Shown here one piece after another: positions 9,097 through 19,466 of a stretch of DNA of 64,000 nt. How positions within the stretch are numbered: position 1 is the first letter of the stretch; every line of letters begins with the position of its first letter. Under the pieces are notes generated by a model. It was not told where the DNA came from. It saw only the letters and a program-made list of their open reading frames with translations, and ran no database searches. The position numbers were made by a program, and so were the translations under genes. Origin of the DNA: an uncultured Acidobacteriaceae bacterium (lineage in GTDB: Bacteria > Acidobacteriota > Terriglobia > Terriglobales > Acidobacteriaceae); the NCBI GenBank assembly GCA_964252445.1, contig CAXUND010000002.1, forward strand, positions 20,803 through 84,802, given 5' to 3'.

Positions 9097-11213
9097 ACTC
9101 ACGGTGCGTTCTCGCGGCACTAATGTTCCGGCGTGCTCTCCTGGTACTGAGGCGTTCTGCGGAGGGGATGATTGCCGTCGCCTGCCTGGCGGCTTGCGGC
9201 TGCGCCGCCGATGCCCAGCACGGACCGCCCGCAGTGCCGCTGGTGACGCACAATCCCTACTTCAGCGTGTGGTCCTTCAACGACCGGCTGACAGATGGTC
9301 CCACGCGCCACTGGACCGGTGCGGCCCAGCCCATGACTTCGCTCGTGCGTATCGACGGTCATGCCTATCGCATCATGGGCTCGGAGCCGGCGAACGTGCC
9401 GGCGCTCCCACAGCGAAGCGTGACGGTCGCGGCTACCCATTCGGACTACGTGTTTGAAGGCGCGGGAGTGCGAGTGGAACTTGCCTTCTTCACCCCGGCG
9501 TTTCCTCAGCAGCCGGACCTGCTTTCGCGCCCGGTCACCTACCTTACCTGGACGGTGCGCGCCATCGACGGGAAGACTCATCCGGTCGACCTGATGCTTG
9601 ATGTCAACCCCGTGATCGCCGTCGACAAGGACACGCAGGCGGTGATGTGGGGCCGCTCGAAGGCCGGCGCGCTCAGTGTTCTGAGTGTGGGCTCCCGGGA
9701 TCAGAAGGTGCTCGGCCGCTCCGGCGATAACCTGCGCATTGACTGGGGCTACTTTCACCTGGCCGCGCCTTCCTCCGGCTCAGCGACGATGATCAACAGT
9801 GCCGGCGCACTCGCGTCCTTCACCGCGAACGGAGGGCTGCCTGCCGCGGATGATCCCGAGCGGGCAGCGACTCCGGGTGGGGACGCGGCTCACCTGGCAG
9901 TCGCCTTCAGCCTGGGCCAGGCGGCCACGGAGCCGCTTTCCCGTCATGTTCTGGTCGCCTATACGGAGGGCTATGCGATCGATTATTTAGGCGAGCGCCT
10001 GAAGCCGTACTGGCAGCGAGATGGAGAACAGGACGGCGCCATGCTGCAGGCCGCCGAGGAGCAATACAGCGCGCTCGACACCCGCGGCCGAAGCTATGAC
10101 GCCGCCCTCAAGCTGGAGCTTGAGCATGCAGGAGGCGCCAGCTATGCGCGCGTCGCCGTGCTCGCCTACCGCCAGACGCTCGCCGCTCATGTACTGGTCG
10201 CCGATGCCGACGGAAAGCCCCTGTTTTTTGAGAAAGAGAACTTCTCGAATGGCTGCACGGGCACCGTCGATGTGATCTACCCCGCGGCGCCCTACGCGCT
10301 CTTCTTCAACCCGGCCCTGCTGGAGGCGGAACTCGAGCCCGTGCTGCGCTACGCGTCGCTGCCCCGCTGGCCATTCCCGTTTGCGCCGCATGATCTGGGA
10401 CGGTATCCGCTAGCCGACGGGCAGGTCTACGGCGGCGGTGAGAAGAGCTCGGTCGACCAGATGCCGGTTGAAGAGAGCGGCGATCTCATCATCCTGGCCG
10501 ATGCCCTCGCGCATGCTGCAGGCAACACGCGCCAGGCGGAGAAGTACTGGCCGCTCTACACCAAATGGGCCCTCTACCTGCGCACCAAAGGACTGGATCC
10601 CGAGAACCAGCTCAGCACCGACGATTTCGCCGGACACCTGGCGCACAACGCGAACCTTTCGATTAAGGCGATTGAAGCCTTGGGCGCCTACGCGGACCTT
10701 GCCGCCCAACTCGGACACCAGGATGTAGCCCATGATTATCGCGCGGCCGCGGAGCAGATGGCGGCGCAGTGGACGCGACTTGCGGCGAGCGGCGACCATA
10801 CCACGCTCGCCTTTGACGCTCCCCACACCTGGAGCCAGAAGTACAACCTGGCGTGGGATACTCTGCTCGGCCTGAAGCTGTTTCCGCCGTCTCTGGCGCA
10901 AAGTGAGATGAAGTTCTATCTCAAGCACGAGAAGAAATACGGATTGCCGCTCGATAGCCGCAAGACCTACACCAAGCTTGACTGGCAGGTGTGGACGGCC
11001 ACGCTGACTGGCTCCCAGCAGGATTTCGAGAAGATGATGGTGCCGCTGGGCAAGTGGCTGGACCAAGGTCCTTCGCGGGTGCCGCTCACCGACTGGTACG
11101 ACACAAAAACGGGCGCCAAGCAGGGCTTTCAGGCGCGGTCGGTGGTCGGCGGCGTGTACATCAAGCTGCTCGGGAACGAGGCCACGGCAAAGAAGTGGCA
11201 GGCAATGCAGTAA
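9093..11213 (+). CDS. glutaminase A-like protein (DUF4964/DUF5127/DUF4965/DUF1793 architecture)
   Basis: 706 aa with an N-terminal signal-like segment. The motif region FFEKENFSNGCTGTVDVIYPAAPYALFFNP is typical of the GtaA-like glutaminase family. An ATGA overlap joins it to the upstream DUF971 gene. Confidence 0.72.
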   Translation: MNSRCVLAALMFRRALLVLRRSAEGMIAVACLAACGCAADAQHGPPAVPLVTHNPYFSVWSFNDRLTDGPTRHWTGAAQPMTSLVRIDGHAYRIMGSEPANVPALPQRSVTVAATHSDYVFEGAGVRVELAFFTPAFPQQPDLLSRPVTYLTWTVRAIDGKTHPVDLMLDVNPVIAVDKDTQAVMWGRSKAGALSVLSVGSRDQKVLGRSGDNLRIDWGYFHLAAPSSGSATMINSAGALASFTANGGLPAADDPERAATPGGDAAHLAVAFSLGQAATEPLSRHVLVAYTEGYAIDYLGERLKPYWQRDGEQDGAMLQAAEEQYSALDTRGRSYDAALKLELEHAGGASYARVAVLAYRQTLAAHVLVADADGKPLFFEKENFSNGCTGTVDVIYPAAPYALFFNPALLEAELEPVLRYASLPRWPFPFAPHDLGRYPLADGQVYGGGEKSSVDQMPVEESGDLIILADALAHAAGNTRQAEKYWPLYTKWALYLRTKGLDPENQLSTDDFAGHLAHNANLSIKAIEALGAYADLAAQLGHQDVAHDYRAAAEQMAAQWTRLAASGDHTTLAFDAPHTWSQKYNLAWDTLLGLKLFPPSLAQSEMKFYLKHEKKYGLPLDSRKTYTKLDWQVWTATLTGSQQDFEKMMVPLGKWLDQGPSRVPLTDWYDTKTGAKQGFQARSVVGGVYIKLLGNEATAKKWQAMQ

Positions 11214-11214
11214 G

Positions 11215-11739
11215 TCAACTCCTGCGCTTGCCGGCGGCGATCATCTCGACTGCTTTTTGCGCGCGACTCTGGCGGGTCTCCGGCTTTTTCCCGCCGGCCA
11301 CCCAGTCCGCATATTCCTTGCGGTGAGAATAAGCGAACTTTTCGAATGCCGCATCTGCCCGGGGATCGGACTGAAGGGCGGAGGCCAACTCAGGGGGAGG
11401 CTCGATGGTGCGCTCAGCCGTATCAAGCTCCAGCACCAGGTGCACAGTGTCACCTGAAACAGCCTTGGCGCCGGCAAGCATGGTCTTGTTGGCAGCCAGG
11501 TAGTGCCGTCCTTCAGCCTCAGGCATGAGCGAGCTGCGGAACGCGTACCCATTGATGGTCCCCGAAACCGGGATCAGACCGCGGCGGCCGAAGACTTCCT
11601 CGGCGTTGAAGGGGATGAGAATATGCGTCCACGCGCCCTTTGGTCCGCGCCCGGTCAGCTTGACGTCGAATTCCACGTTCGCTCCTCCGTCACACCTCTT
11701 TACCAGCTCAAGCATTAAGTAACGGGCTTTCACAAACAA
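11215..11739 (-). CDS. DUF1905 / YdeI-OmpD-associated family protein
   Basis: DUF1905-like core (GAWTHILIPFNAEEVFGRRGLIPVSGTINGYAFRSSLMP) and a YdeI-like C-terminus (SHRKEYADWVAGGKKPETRQSRAQKAV). The start may be an internal Met. Confidence 0.72.
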   Translation of the reverse strand: MFVKARYLMLELVKRCDGGANVEFDVKLTGRGPKGAWTHILIPFNAEEVFGRRGLIPVSGTINGYAFRSSLMPEAEGRHYLAANKTMLAGAKAVSGDTVHLVLELDTAERTIEPPPELASALQSDPRADAAFEKFAYSHRKEYADWVAGGKKPETRQSRAQKAVEMIAAGKRRS

Positions 11740-11748
11740 AGGATCGCC

Positions 11749-12723
11749 CTAGGCCTCCAGCATCTGTTCCAGTCGGTCGACCTCAACCCGGCTGCCCACA
11801 ATCAGCGGTGTTCGCTGGTGAATGCCTTCCGGCTGCACGCTCAACACCCGGCCCGACCCGGTAATCGCGCGCCCGCCGGCCTGCTCCGCGATGAACGCCA
11901 GCGGATTTGCTTCATAGAGGAGCCGCAATTTGCCCCCGCTCTGCTTAGCCGTCGGTGGATAGAGAAAAACGCCGCCCTTCAGCAGTGTGCGATGGAAATC
12001 AGCCACCAGCGAGCCTATGTAGCGCGAACTGTATGTGCGCCCCAACTTGCCCGTACGCAGCTCGCTCAGATACTGCTGATACACGGGCGGAAAGGTGTCA
12101 TAGTTCGCCTCGTTCACCGAGTAGTAGCTACCCTGCTCGGGCATGCGCATGTTGTCAAAGCTCAGGACGTATGCACCCACCGCGGGATCGAGCGTGAAGC
12201 CGTACACACCCTTGCCTGCGGTGTAGACAAAGATCGTCGACGGCCCGTAGACCACGTACCCGGCCGCGACCTGCTCCAAACCTGATTGCAGCAGTGCCGC
12301 CTCCAGGCTCGCGCCCTTTGGCCGCCGGAAGATCGAGAAGATCGTTCCCGTGTTCACGTTCACGTCAATGTTCGACGAGCCATCGAGCGGATCAAAGACG
12401 ATGATGTACTTGCCGGTTTCGGGATTGTGGTCGTAGAAGACCGGCTCGTCATTTTCTTCCGAGATCAGCGCCGCCACGCTGCCGCGCGAGCCCAGGCAGC
12501 TCAGCATGGCATCATTTGCGAACACATCCAGCTTCTGCTGCGCTTCGCCCTGCACATTCTCCGAGCCCGCCGCGCCCAGCACATCGGTGAGCCCGGCTCG
12601 GCGAATCTGCGCGCCGATCATTTTGGTCGCAAGCGTGATACCCGAAAGCATCCACGAAAAGGTTCCGGAGGCATCGGACTGACGCTGTTGTTCGAGGATG
12701 TGCTGCTGAACGGTGGGAGTCAT
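11749..12723 (-). CDS. fbp: class 1 fructose-1,6-bisphosphatase
   Basis: 324 aa with FDPLDGSSNIDVNVNTGTIFSI and GKLRLLYEANPLAFIAEQAGG motifs. Confidence 0.93.
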   Translation of the reverse strand: MTPTVQQHILEQQRQSDASGTFSWMLSGITLATKMIGAQIRRAGLTDVLGAAGSENVQGEAQQKLDVFANDAMLSCLGSRGSVAALISEENDEPVFYDHNPETGKYIIVFDPLDGSSNIDVNVNTGTIFSIFRRPKGASLEAALLQSGLEQVAAGYVVYGPSTIFVYTAGKGVYGFTLDPAVGAYVLSFDNMRMPEQGSYYSVNEANYDTFPPVYQQYLSELRTGKLGRTYSSRYIGSLVADFHRTLLKGGVFLYPPTAKQSGGKLRLLYEANPLAFIAEQAGGRAITGSGRVLSVQPEGIHQRTPLIVGSRVEVDRLEQMLEA

Positions 12724-12810
12724 GACCAGAGCAGGATAGCAGTCGCTGCTCCAGACGGGCTTGCTGTGAACCTTTCTCCACGCAGGTCCGATATATCATC
12801 CTCCTTGGAT

Positions 12811-14127
<1,317 letters not shown>

Positions 14128-14154
14128 TCTGGACAGGAATCAGGGAGATCGCCC

Positions 14155-14442
14155 ATGGTCAGCATGATAGTGCGGCTGCGCTTCACCAGCGAGGATCACC
14201 ACGAGATGACGGAAGTGCTGGAGCACCTGGCGACCGCCTCGCGCCTGGAGCCGGGCTGTGTCAGCTATGTGCCGCACTGGTCTGACGACGACTCAAACAC
14301 CGTGGTCATCTACGAGCAGTACAAGGACTCGGCCGCGCTCGAGGCTCATCGGCAGACTCCGCACTTCAAGAAGTACGCGATCAGCGGGCTCTACCAGAGG
14401 ATGCGCGAGCGCAATATTGAGAGTCTGTCTGCGGTGGTTTAG
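14155..14442 (+). CDS. antibiotic biosynthesis monooxygenase (ABM) domain protein / putative quinol monooxygenase
   Basis: 95 aa with ferredoxin-like ABM signatures (VIYEQYKDSAALEAHRQTPHFKKY). Confidence 0.75.
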   Translation: MVSMIVRLRFTSEDHHEMTEVLEHLATASRLEPGCVSYVPHWSDDDSNTVVIYEQYKDSAALEAHRQTPHFKKYAISGLYQRMRERNIESLSAVV

Positions 14443-14509
14443 AGCCTGCGCCCGGCCGCAGGATGTCTTTGACGGGGCGCCGGGCCGGGGTCTACCATCC
14501 GTTTATCCC

Positions 14510-15019
14510 ATGCGAGCTGCCGTTCTTGCCGGAAGACAGTACGCCATCCTCGGAGGATTCGGGCTGCTGTTGGTTGCCCTGCCCGCATCGATTGCGAGGG
14601 CAAACGGCAACCTGCCCCGGCCCGACCACGGCGAGAAGGGAGTCCACCGGACCATTGAACTGCTCGAAGAACAGTGGCGCACGGCAAGTCTGTCAAGCGA
14701 TGTCGCAGCCATAGATCGAATGCTGGCTGACGATTACGTGGGCATCGGCCCGGACGGGACCATCGCCTCCAAGGCGGACGAGATGACTGCACGGCGCGAC
14801 GGCCAGCGCAAGCTGACCCAGATCGACGTGCTCGAAAGCAAGGTCCGCATCTACGGCACTACGGCGGTAGTCACTTCGCGCGCGATCGTCGCCGGCGTCT
14901 ATGACACCATGCTACTCAAAGGGGAGTTCCGCTACACCCGCGTCTACAATTCAAGCCACGGTCAGTGGCGTATCGTCAGCTTCGAGGCGAGCCCGGTTAC
15001 CGGCAGCCATGTGCATTGA
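14510..15019 (+). CDS. NTF2-like (DUF4440/SnoaL-like) secreted protein
   Basis: ATG at 14510 gives a signal peptide, then the DUF4440-like LEEQWRTASLSSDVAAIDRMLADDYVGIGPDG and a C-terminal GQWRIVSFEAS. Confidence 0.65.
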   Translation: MRAAVLAGRQYAILGGFGLLLVALPASIARANGNLPRPDHGEKGVHRTIELLEEQWRTASLSSDVAAIDRMLADDYVGIGPDGTIASKADEMTARRDGQRKLTQIDVLESKVRIYGTTAVVTSRAIVAGVYDTMLLKGEFRYTRVYNSSHGQWRIVSFEASPVTGSHVH

Positions 15020-15042
15020 AATGAGCGAAATAGATAATTTCT

Positions 15043-15079
15043 GATGCACGGGACTGTTCGCGGACCGCTTCCGTGCATC
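15043..15079 (+). terminator. putative terminator hairpin after the NTF2-like gene
   Basis: GATGCACGG (15043-15051) pairs with CCGTGCATC (15071-15079), giving a 9-bp stem and a 19-nt loop, followed by a T-rich CTTCTCATT. Confidence 0.4.
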
Positions 15080-15161
15080 CTTCTCATTACGTCTCTGCGC
15101 AGAACCCGCACCGGGCCGCGCAAACGATCGGAAATCTTTTTGAGTACAGGAGAAAATCGGA

Positions 15162-15857
15162 ATGAAGGTATATGCAGGACTCTTAGCCATCGCCAGCTTG
15201 CTCCCCGCCGGCGCGTACGCGGCAGACACCGCCGCAAAGGTGGATGACCGGGTAGCAGCAGCGACCGCTGTACTACACCAGCTGGCAGCCGTGCCGGACA
15301 AGGGCATTCCCGACAAGATTGCTCACAAGGCGCACTGCGTGCTGGTAATCCCGGGCTTCAAGAAGGGCGCCTTCATCGGCGGGGCCCAGTACGGACAGGG
15401 CCTGGCCACATGCTATGTCTCGCATAAAGGCTGGAGCGCCCCTGCCTTCGTCCAGATGGCGGGCGTAAGTTTTGGCCTGCAGGCGGGCGGCCAGTCAACC
15501 GACCTGGTGCTGGTCGGGGTGACCAAAGAGAGCGGTGACGATCTACTCAAGGCCAAGCTCAAGCTGGGTGGCGATGCGGCCGTGGCCGCCGGTCCGGTCG
15601 GCCGGGACTCGCAGGCGGATACAACCGAGATTGCAAACGCAACTTTCTTGACCTACTCCCGCAACAAGGGCATCTTTGCGGGTATCGATCTTTCGGGCGA
15701 CGAGGTAAACCAGAACAGCAAGGCCACCAGCGAGCTCTACGGCAAGGATGTTGACTACAAGGTCCTGCTGAACGGCGGCGTCCCGGTACCCGCAGGCGCA
15801 CAGTCCTTCATCCGCGAAGTCACGCGCGTGTTCGGCGGAGTCAAGGTGCACCAGTAG
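15162..15857 (+). CDS. SYLF (Ysc84/DUF500) lipid-binding domain protein, secreted
   Basis: Signal peptide plus the SYLF core CVLVIPGFKKGAFIGGAQYGQGL..GVSFGLQAGGQSTDLVLV. Confidence 0.75.
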   Translation: MKVYAGLLAIASLLPAGAYAADTAAKVDDRVAAATAVLHQLAAVPDKGIPDKIAHKAHCVLVIPGFKKGAFIGGAQYGQGLATCYVSHKGWSAPAFVQMAGVSFGLQAGGQSTDLVLVGVTKESGDDLLKAKLKLGGDAAVAAGPVGRDSQADTTEIANATFLTYSRNKGIFAGIDLSGDEVNQNSKATSELYGKDVDYKVLLNGGVPVPAGAQSFIREVTRVFGGVKVHQ

Positions 15858-15876
15858 ACGGCTGGCCACCGCGCAC

Positions 15877-17772
15877 TCAAGGCTTGGTGCGAAGAATGGC
15901 GCCTGTCAGCAGGTCTGAACCATTGTTGCGCAGGAGCACGGCGTACCGTTCGCCGCTGTGATAATCAACCCTGTAGACCGCTGTTTCCTCATCACGCAGA
16001 GCGGTAAGCGTGATGGGGGCAGCGGTCTTTTTTGCTTCGCGTATGGCCGTGGTGAGCGCGTCAGGCGTATAAGGCTTCCCGTTCACCAGGGTCAGCTTGT
16101 CGCCCGGTCCGAGCCCGGCGGCGTAGGCCGGGCTGCCAATCCACACGTCCAACAGGGTTCCATCCGGAAGCACGAAGATTCCGATCGAGTGCAGGTGTTC
16201 CGCAAGGTGGCCCCCGTTGATAACGTCGGCTTCGTTTTTGCTCATGGTTTCGCCGTCCGTGTAGGTGTAGCCGGCGCCCTCCAAACCCGCGGTGGGCGGC
16301 TTGTCGGTAAGAGCCTGCAAGCGGGTCGTCCAGAACTCCTGCCAGTCGTAGGCCGCCGTTTGGTTCATCGCCCGCGTGAGGTCGGTGAAGGTGTAGGGAG
16401 AGACGCCCGGGCCGGTTTCGGCATCGCCGAAGAACAAAGCTGCAAAATCGTCGAGCGACTTGTGGCCTCCAGAGAGTTGACGGATCTTTACATCTGCTTC
16501 AAGCCAGAGCAGCGCGCCCTCGTGGTAATAGTTCTGCCCCAAGCGCCAGCTTGCCCAGGCGGAGTCATTGCCGCGCAGGATGGACGAGGCGTCCGCGGTG
16601 TCCTGCACAGGCCGCCAGCGACGGCCGGGCTGATCGACATCGTAGGCAGCATAGTTAAAGGCGGCGACCGCCTCCTCTGGCGTGCGCAGACCGGAGCGCG
16701 CAGCAAGCACGTCGCCGTAGTACTCGGTCAGGCCCTCATAAACCCAGAGCAGATCGTTCTGCATGGGTGTGTTGAAGTCGGGAATGGCATCGCCTACGGG
16801 CCGCCTGTATTTGCCGCACCATGAGTGCGTGAACTCGTGCGGCAGCAGGTAGCCGAGAAACTGCGCGTAGCTGGGGTCGGAGAGCTTCAGCGTCTTGACG
16901 ACGTAGTCAGCAGATTCCGTGTGCTCTGCACTGTCACCGGTAAGATGGGGTGAGTCGGCGATAAGAAAGTCGTAGTGAGCGTAGTGATGGCCGCGAAAGA
17001 GCGCAGTTGCCTGGCGTACCAGTGTGCTCATATGGGCGAGCAGTTCCGGTTGCAGGTTGAGCTCGTCGGGCTTTTCGGCGCAGACATCCAGGGTGTGTGC
17101 CGGGTGGATCTCTGGAGCGAGCGGGTACTGCCGGCAGTGGTCGCCGGCAAGGATCGGCGAGTCGACAAACTGCTCCAGTGAGACAGTTCGGAAGGTGGCA
17201 TCCGGCGGGTTGAGCGCGGGTGCATCGCCGGCAGCAGAACGCAGCGCCGTGGCCGCGACCCAGCCCGACGGCAGGTGGATGGTGGCGGAGACCGGGATAG
17301 TTCGCGCCGGCACACCGGACGGGTAGAGCACGATGTCGCTCGGCTCAAGCATCACCACGTGGGAGCTAGTGCGGTTAGTGCCGATGGTGTTGAAGCGGCT
17401 TGGCACCTCCAGGATGACGTAGGCGGCCGCGATGGTGGTGGCGCCGGAGGGGACGTCCACGTGGAAGGCGTGCAGGTCGACGAGATCGCGGCGCCAGCGC
17501 AGGGCGGGGCCGTGCGCGTCTCCAGCCCGGAAGACCAGCCCGGTAAGATTGTCGATCGGCCCACCCGGCAGCTCCTGGCTGGGGATCCACTCCGGATACG
17601 AGAAGCTGTTCTGACCCGGGTGCACCGGCAACAACTCGGTGACGTGTAAAAGGTGGCGCGGTGCGTCGGTGAGGTCGACGCGCAGCCGGATTGGTTCCTG
17701 CGCACCGGCTGCGAGAGTGCAGCCAAGCAGGGCAAGCGAAAGCAAGCGGAGCACGGACATGGAGGCTCTCAT
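15877..17772 (-). CDS. M61 family glycyl aminopeptidase-like metallopeptidase with C-terminal PDZ domain
   Basis: 631 aa with a signal peptide, the HEFTH zinc motif (LLPHEFTHSWCGKYRRP), and a PDZ-like C-terminus (GLGPGDKLTLVNGKP). Confidence 0.8.
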   Translation of the reverse strand: MRASMSVLRLLSLALLGCTLAAGAQEPIRLRVDLTDAPRHLLHVTELLPVHPGQNSFSYPEWIPSQELPGGPIDNLTGLVFRAGDAHGPALRWRRDLVDLHAFHVDVPSGATTIAAAYVILEVPSRFNTIGTNRTSSHVVMLEPSDIVLYPSGVPARTIPVSATIHLPSGWVAATALRSAAGDAPALNPPDATFRTVSLEQFVDSPILAGDHCRQYPLAPEIHPAHTLDVCAEKPDELNLQPELLAHMSTLVRQATALFRGHHYAHYDFLIADSPHLTGDSAEHTESADYVVKTLKLSDPSYAQFLGYLLPHEFTHSWCGKYRRPVGDAIPDFNTPMQNDLLWVYEGLTEYYGDVLAARSGLRTPEEAVAAFNYAAYDVDQPGRRWRPVQDTADASSILRGNDSAWASWRLGQNYYHEGALLWLEADVKIRQLSGGHKSLDDFAALFFGDAETGPGVSPYTFTDLTRAMNQTAAYDWQEFWTTRLQALTDKPPTAGLEGAGYTYTDGETMSKNEADVINGGHLAEHLHSIGIFVLPDGTLLDVWIGSPAYAAGLGPGDKLTLVNGKPYTPDALTTAIREAKKTAAPITLTALRDEETAVYRVDYHSGERYAVLLRNNGSDLLTGAILRTKP

Positions 17773-17819
17773 TCAGAAGGATTCGGGTGCGCTCCATTCT
17801 ACGTTGGGGGCAATGATCC

Positions 17820-18533
17820 TCAGCTCTGCTCAGCGGGCGGTAGAGGCTCCGCGCTGTACAACTCGGCCGTATGTCGCGCGGTTGTGAGCAGGGCCATCCC
17901 GAACATGCCGAGAGTGGCGAGGGTTCCCCCGAGGTCAAAGAGCAGGAATCGACGGCCGAGCAGGATGGCGTACCGGCTATGCAGGAGCGCCACGTTTCCC
18001 AGAATCAGCAGCAGGCGCAGTTCGGTCGGGCCGAAGATCCCTTGCGAAGTCTGGAAACAAGAGAGAGTGTAGGTCGCGAGATAGCTTTCGCTTGCCAGGA
18101 GCAGGAACGCGATCAGCATTGCAACTGCAGTCTGCCAGTGCAGAAAACCTGAACAGCCCAGGCCGCACATCAGGGCTACGGATCCGAAGACGTCGACCAT
18201 GTGGTCGACGTAGAAGCCGTAGCGCGGCCGCTCGCGGTGCCGCTCGCGCGCGAGCGTTCCATCCATGCTGTCGCCAAACCAGTTCAACACCAGACACACG
18301 CTCACCAGCAGCAGTGCGTATGGTTGATGACGCGCCCAGGCATAGCTCAGGGCGGCGCAGAGCTGCGCAACCAGGCTGAGTACGGTCATCTGGTCCGAGG
18401 TGACCCACTCCGGTGCACGCGCCGCCATCCAGGCAAGGACGCGCTTCTCGGTCGAAGCAGTCAACGAGCGGTTCAGACGCGGCGCTGTCCGGAAGGCTGC
18501 GCGAGCTTCAGTGCCAGGCAACTTGGTCTTCAT
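17820..18533 (-). CDS. CDP-alcohol phosphatidyltransferase family protein
   Basis: The start is reassigned to the ATG at 18533, preceded by AAGGAGA. The signature D-x2-DG-x2-AR...G-x3-D-x3-D is present in DSMDGTLARERHRERPRYGFYVDHMVD. Confidence 0.8.
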   Translation of the reverse strand: MKTKLPGTEARAAFRTAPRLNRSLTASTEKRVLAWMAARAPEWVTSDQMTVLSLVAQLCAALSYAWARHQPYALLLVSVCLVLNWFGDSMDGTLARERHRERPRYGFYVDHMVDVFGSVALMCGLGCSGFLHWQTAVAMLIAFLLLASESYLATYTLSCFQTSQGIFGPTELRLLLILGNVALLHSRYAILLGRRFLLFDLGGTLATLGMFGMALLTTARHTAELYSAEPLPPAEQS

Positions 18534-18559
18534 GGCGCTTTCTCCTTTGATATGGGTCG

Positions 18560-19348
18560 CTATTTCCGAAGTGCATTGCAGGTGGCGCGCAGGGTGAACT
18601 CGATCGACTCTCTCGGGACGCTGTCGACGAAGGGTCGTACGGCCCACGCGAGCCCGGGCGGAACGGAGCGGGTCAGCGACACCGACTCGACCTGGAGGTA
18701 GAGTCCGCCGTCGCGCTCCTCGTAGCTCCAGTAGGTATTGATTCGCCACAGAAAGCCGTGCTCCTCACGGGTGCTTAGCACGCGCTCGGAACTGGTGCCG
18801 GGTGAGTCCACCTCGGAGATCTGTGTGCTGCGTGACAGGCTGTAGCCGTGATGAGGATCGAGGCGGGCGAAGGTAACGTCGTAAGTGGTGTCCAGGACTA
18901 CGGTGAGGACGTGCTTTTGCCGCACCCGCAACTTCGCCTGATAATGATCTCCCTGTCCTGCGACGACTTGTGCCCGAATCACCTGGGGGGCGAAGTGTTG
19001 CGGATAGGCGTTCACATCCTTCATCAGGCGCTCGAAATCCGCGTTGCGCGCACCTCGGGCAAAAGCGCTGCCGCGCCAGTGGTGGAGCATGGCTCCTGGG
19101 CTGTCTCCGCTCGATGCAGGAGTAAGTGGCTGGATGATCAGTTGTCCTGCTCTCAGGCGAGCTTCATCCTGGGGGCCGGCCAGGAAAGTCCCGGGCGATG
19201 CGTGTTGGGCACTAAGCCGCGCCTCGACCCGGCTCACGTAGGCATTGAACGCTGTGCCTGCGCGCGCGGGTTGCTCGGCGCGGCAGCCGGGCACATGCGC
19301 GAAGAGGAACACCAGTGAAACGAAGAAGACGTCTCGAAGTCGCGTCAT
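18560..19348 (-). CDS. secreted hypothetical protein (possibly START/SRPBCC-like fold)
   Basis: ATG at 19348 gives the signal peptide MTRLRDVFFVSLVFLFAHVPGCRA. No motif was recognised. It lies 27 nt upstream of the CDP-alcohol phosphatidyltransferase on the same strand. Confidence 0.5.
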   Translation of the reverse strand: MTRLRDVFFVSLVFLFAHVPGCRAEQPARAGTAFNAYVSRVEARLSAQHASPGTFLAGPQDEARLRAGQLIIQPLTPASSGDSPGAMLHHWRGSAFARGARNADFERLMKDVNAYPQHFAPQVIRAQVVAGQGDHYQAKLRVRQKHVLTVVLDTTYDVTFARLDPHHGYSLSRSTQISEVDSPGTSSERVLSTREEHGFLWRINTYWSYEERDGGLYLQVESVSLTRSVPPGLAWAVRPFVDSVPRESIEFTLRATCNALRK

Positions 19349-19466
19349 GACCCCTACCTTGCGCCTGTTCGCGCCGAAGAACAATGCTGCCCGCCTCATC
19401 GTGATCGCACATGTTCCTCACCGGCTAAGCCGCTGCAGGTCATCAACTTCCAGCGAGTTCTCTCTT

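Noticed and set aside
7733-9253. 506-aa ORF on the minus strand
   Set aside because: It is Arg/Ala/Pro/Gly-rich low-complexity sequence lying antisense to the well-supported TauE/SafE and DUF971 genes, which makes it a typical high-GC shadow ORF.
12286-12810. Upstream extension of the purA ORF
   Set aside because: It overlaps fbp on the opposite strand. The canonical PurA N-terminus (GAQWGDEGKGK) begins just after ATG 12811.
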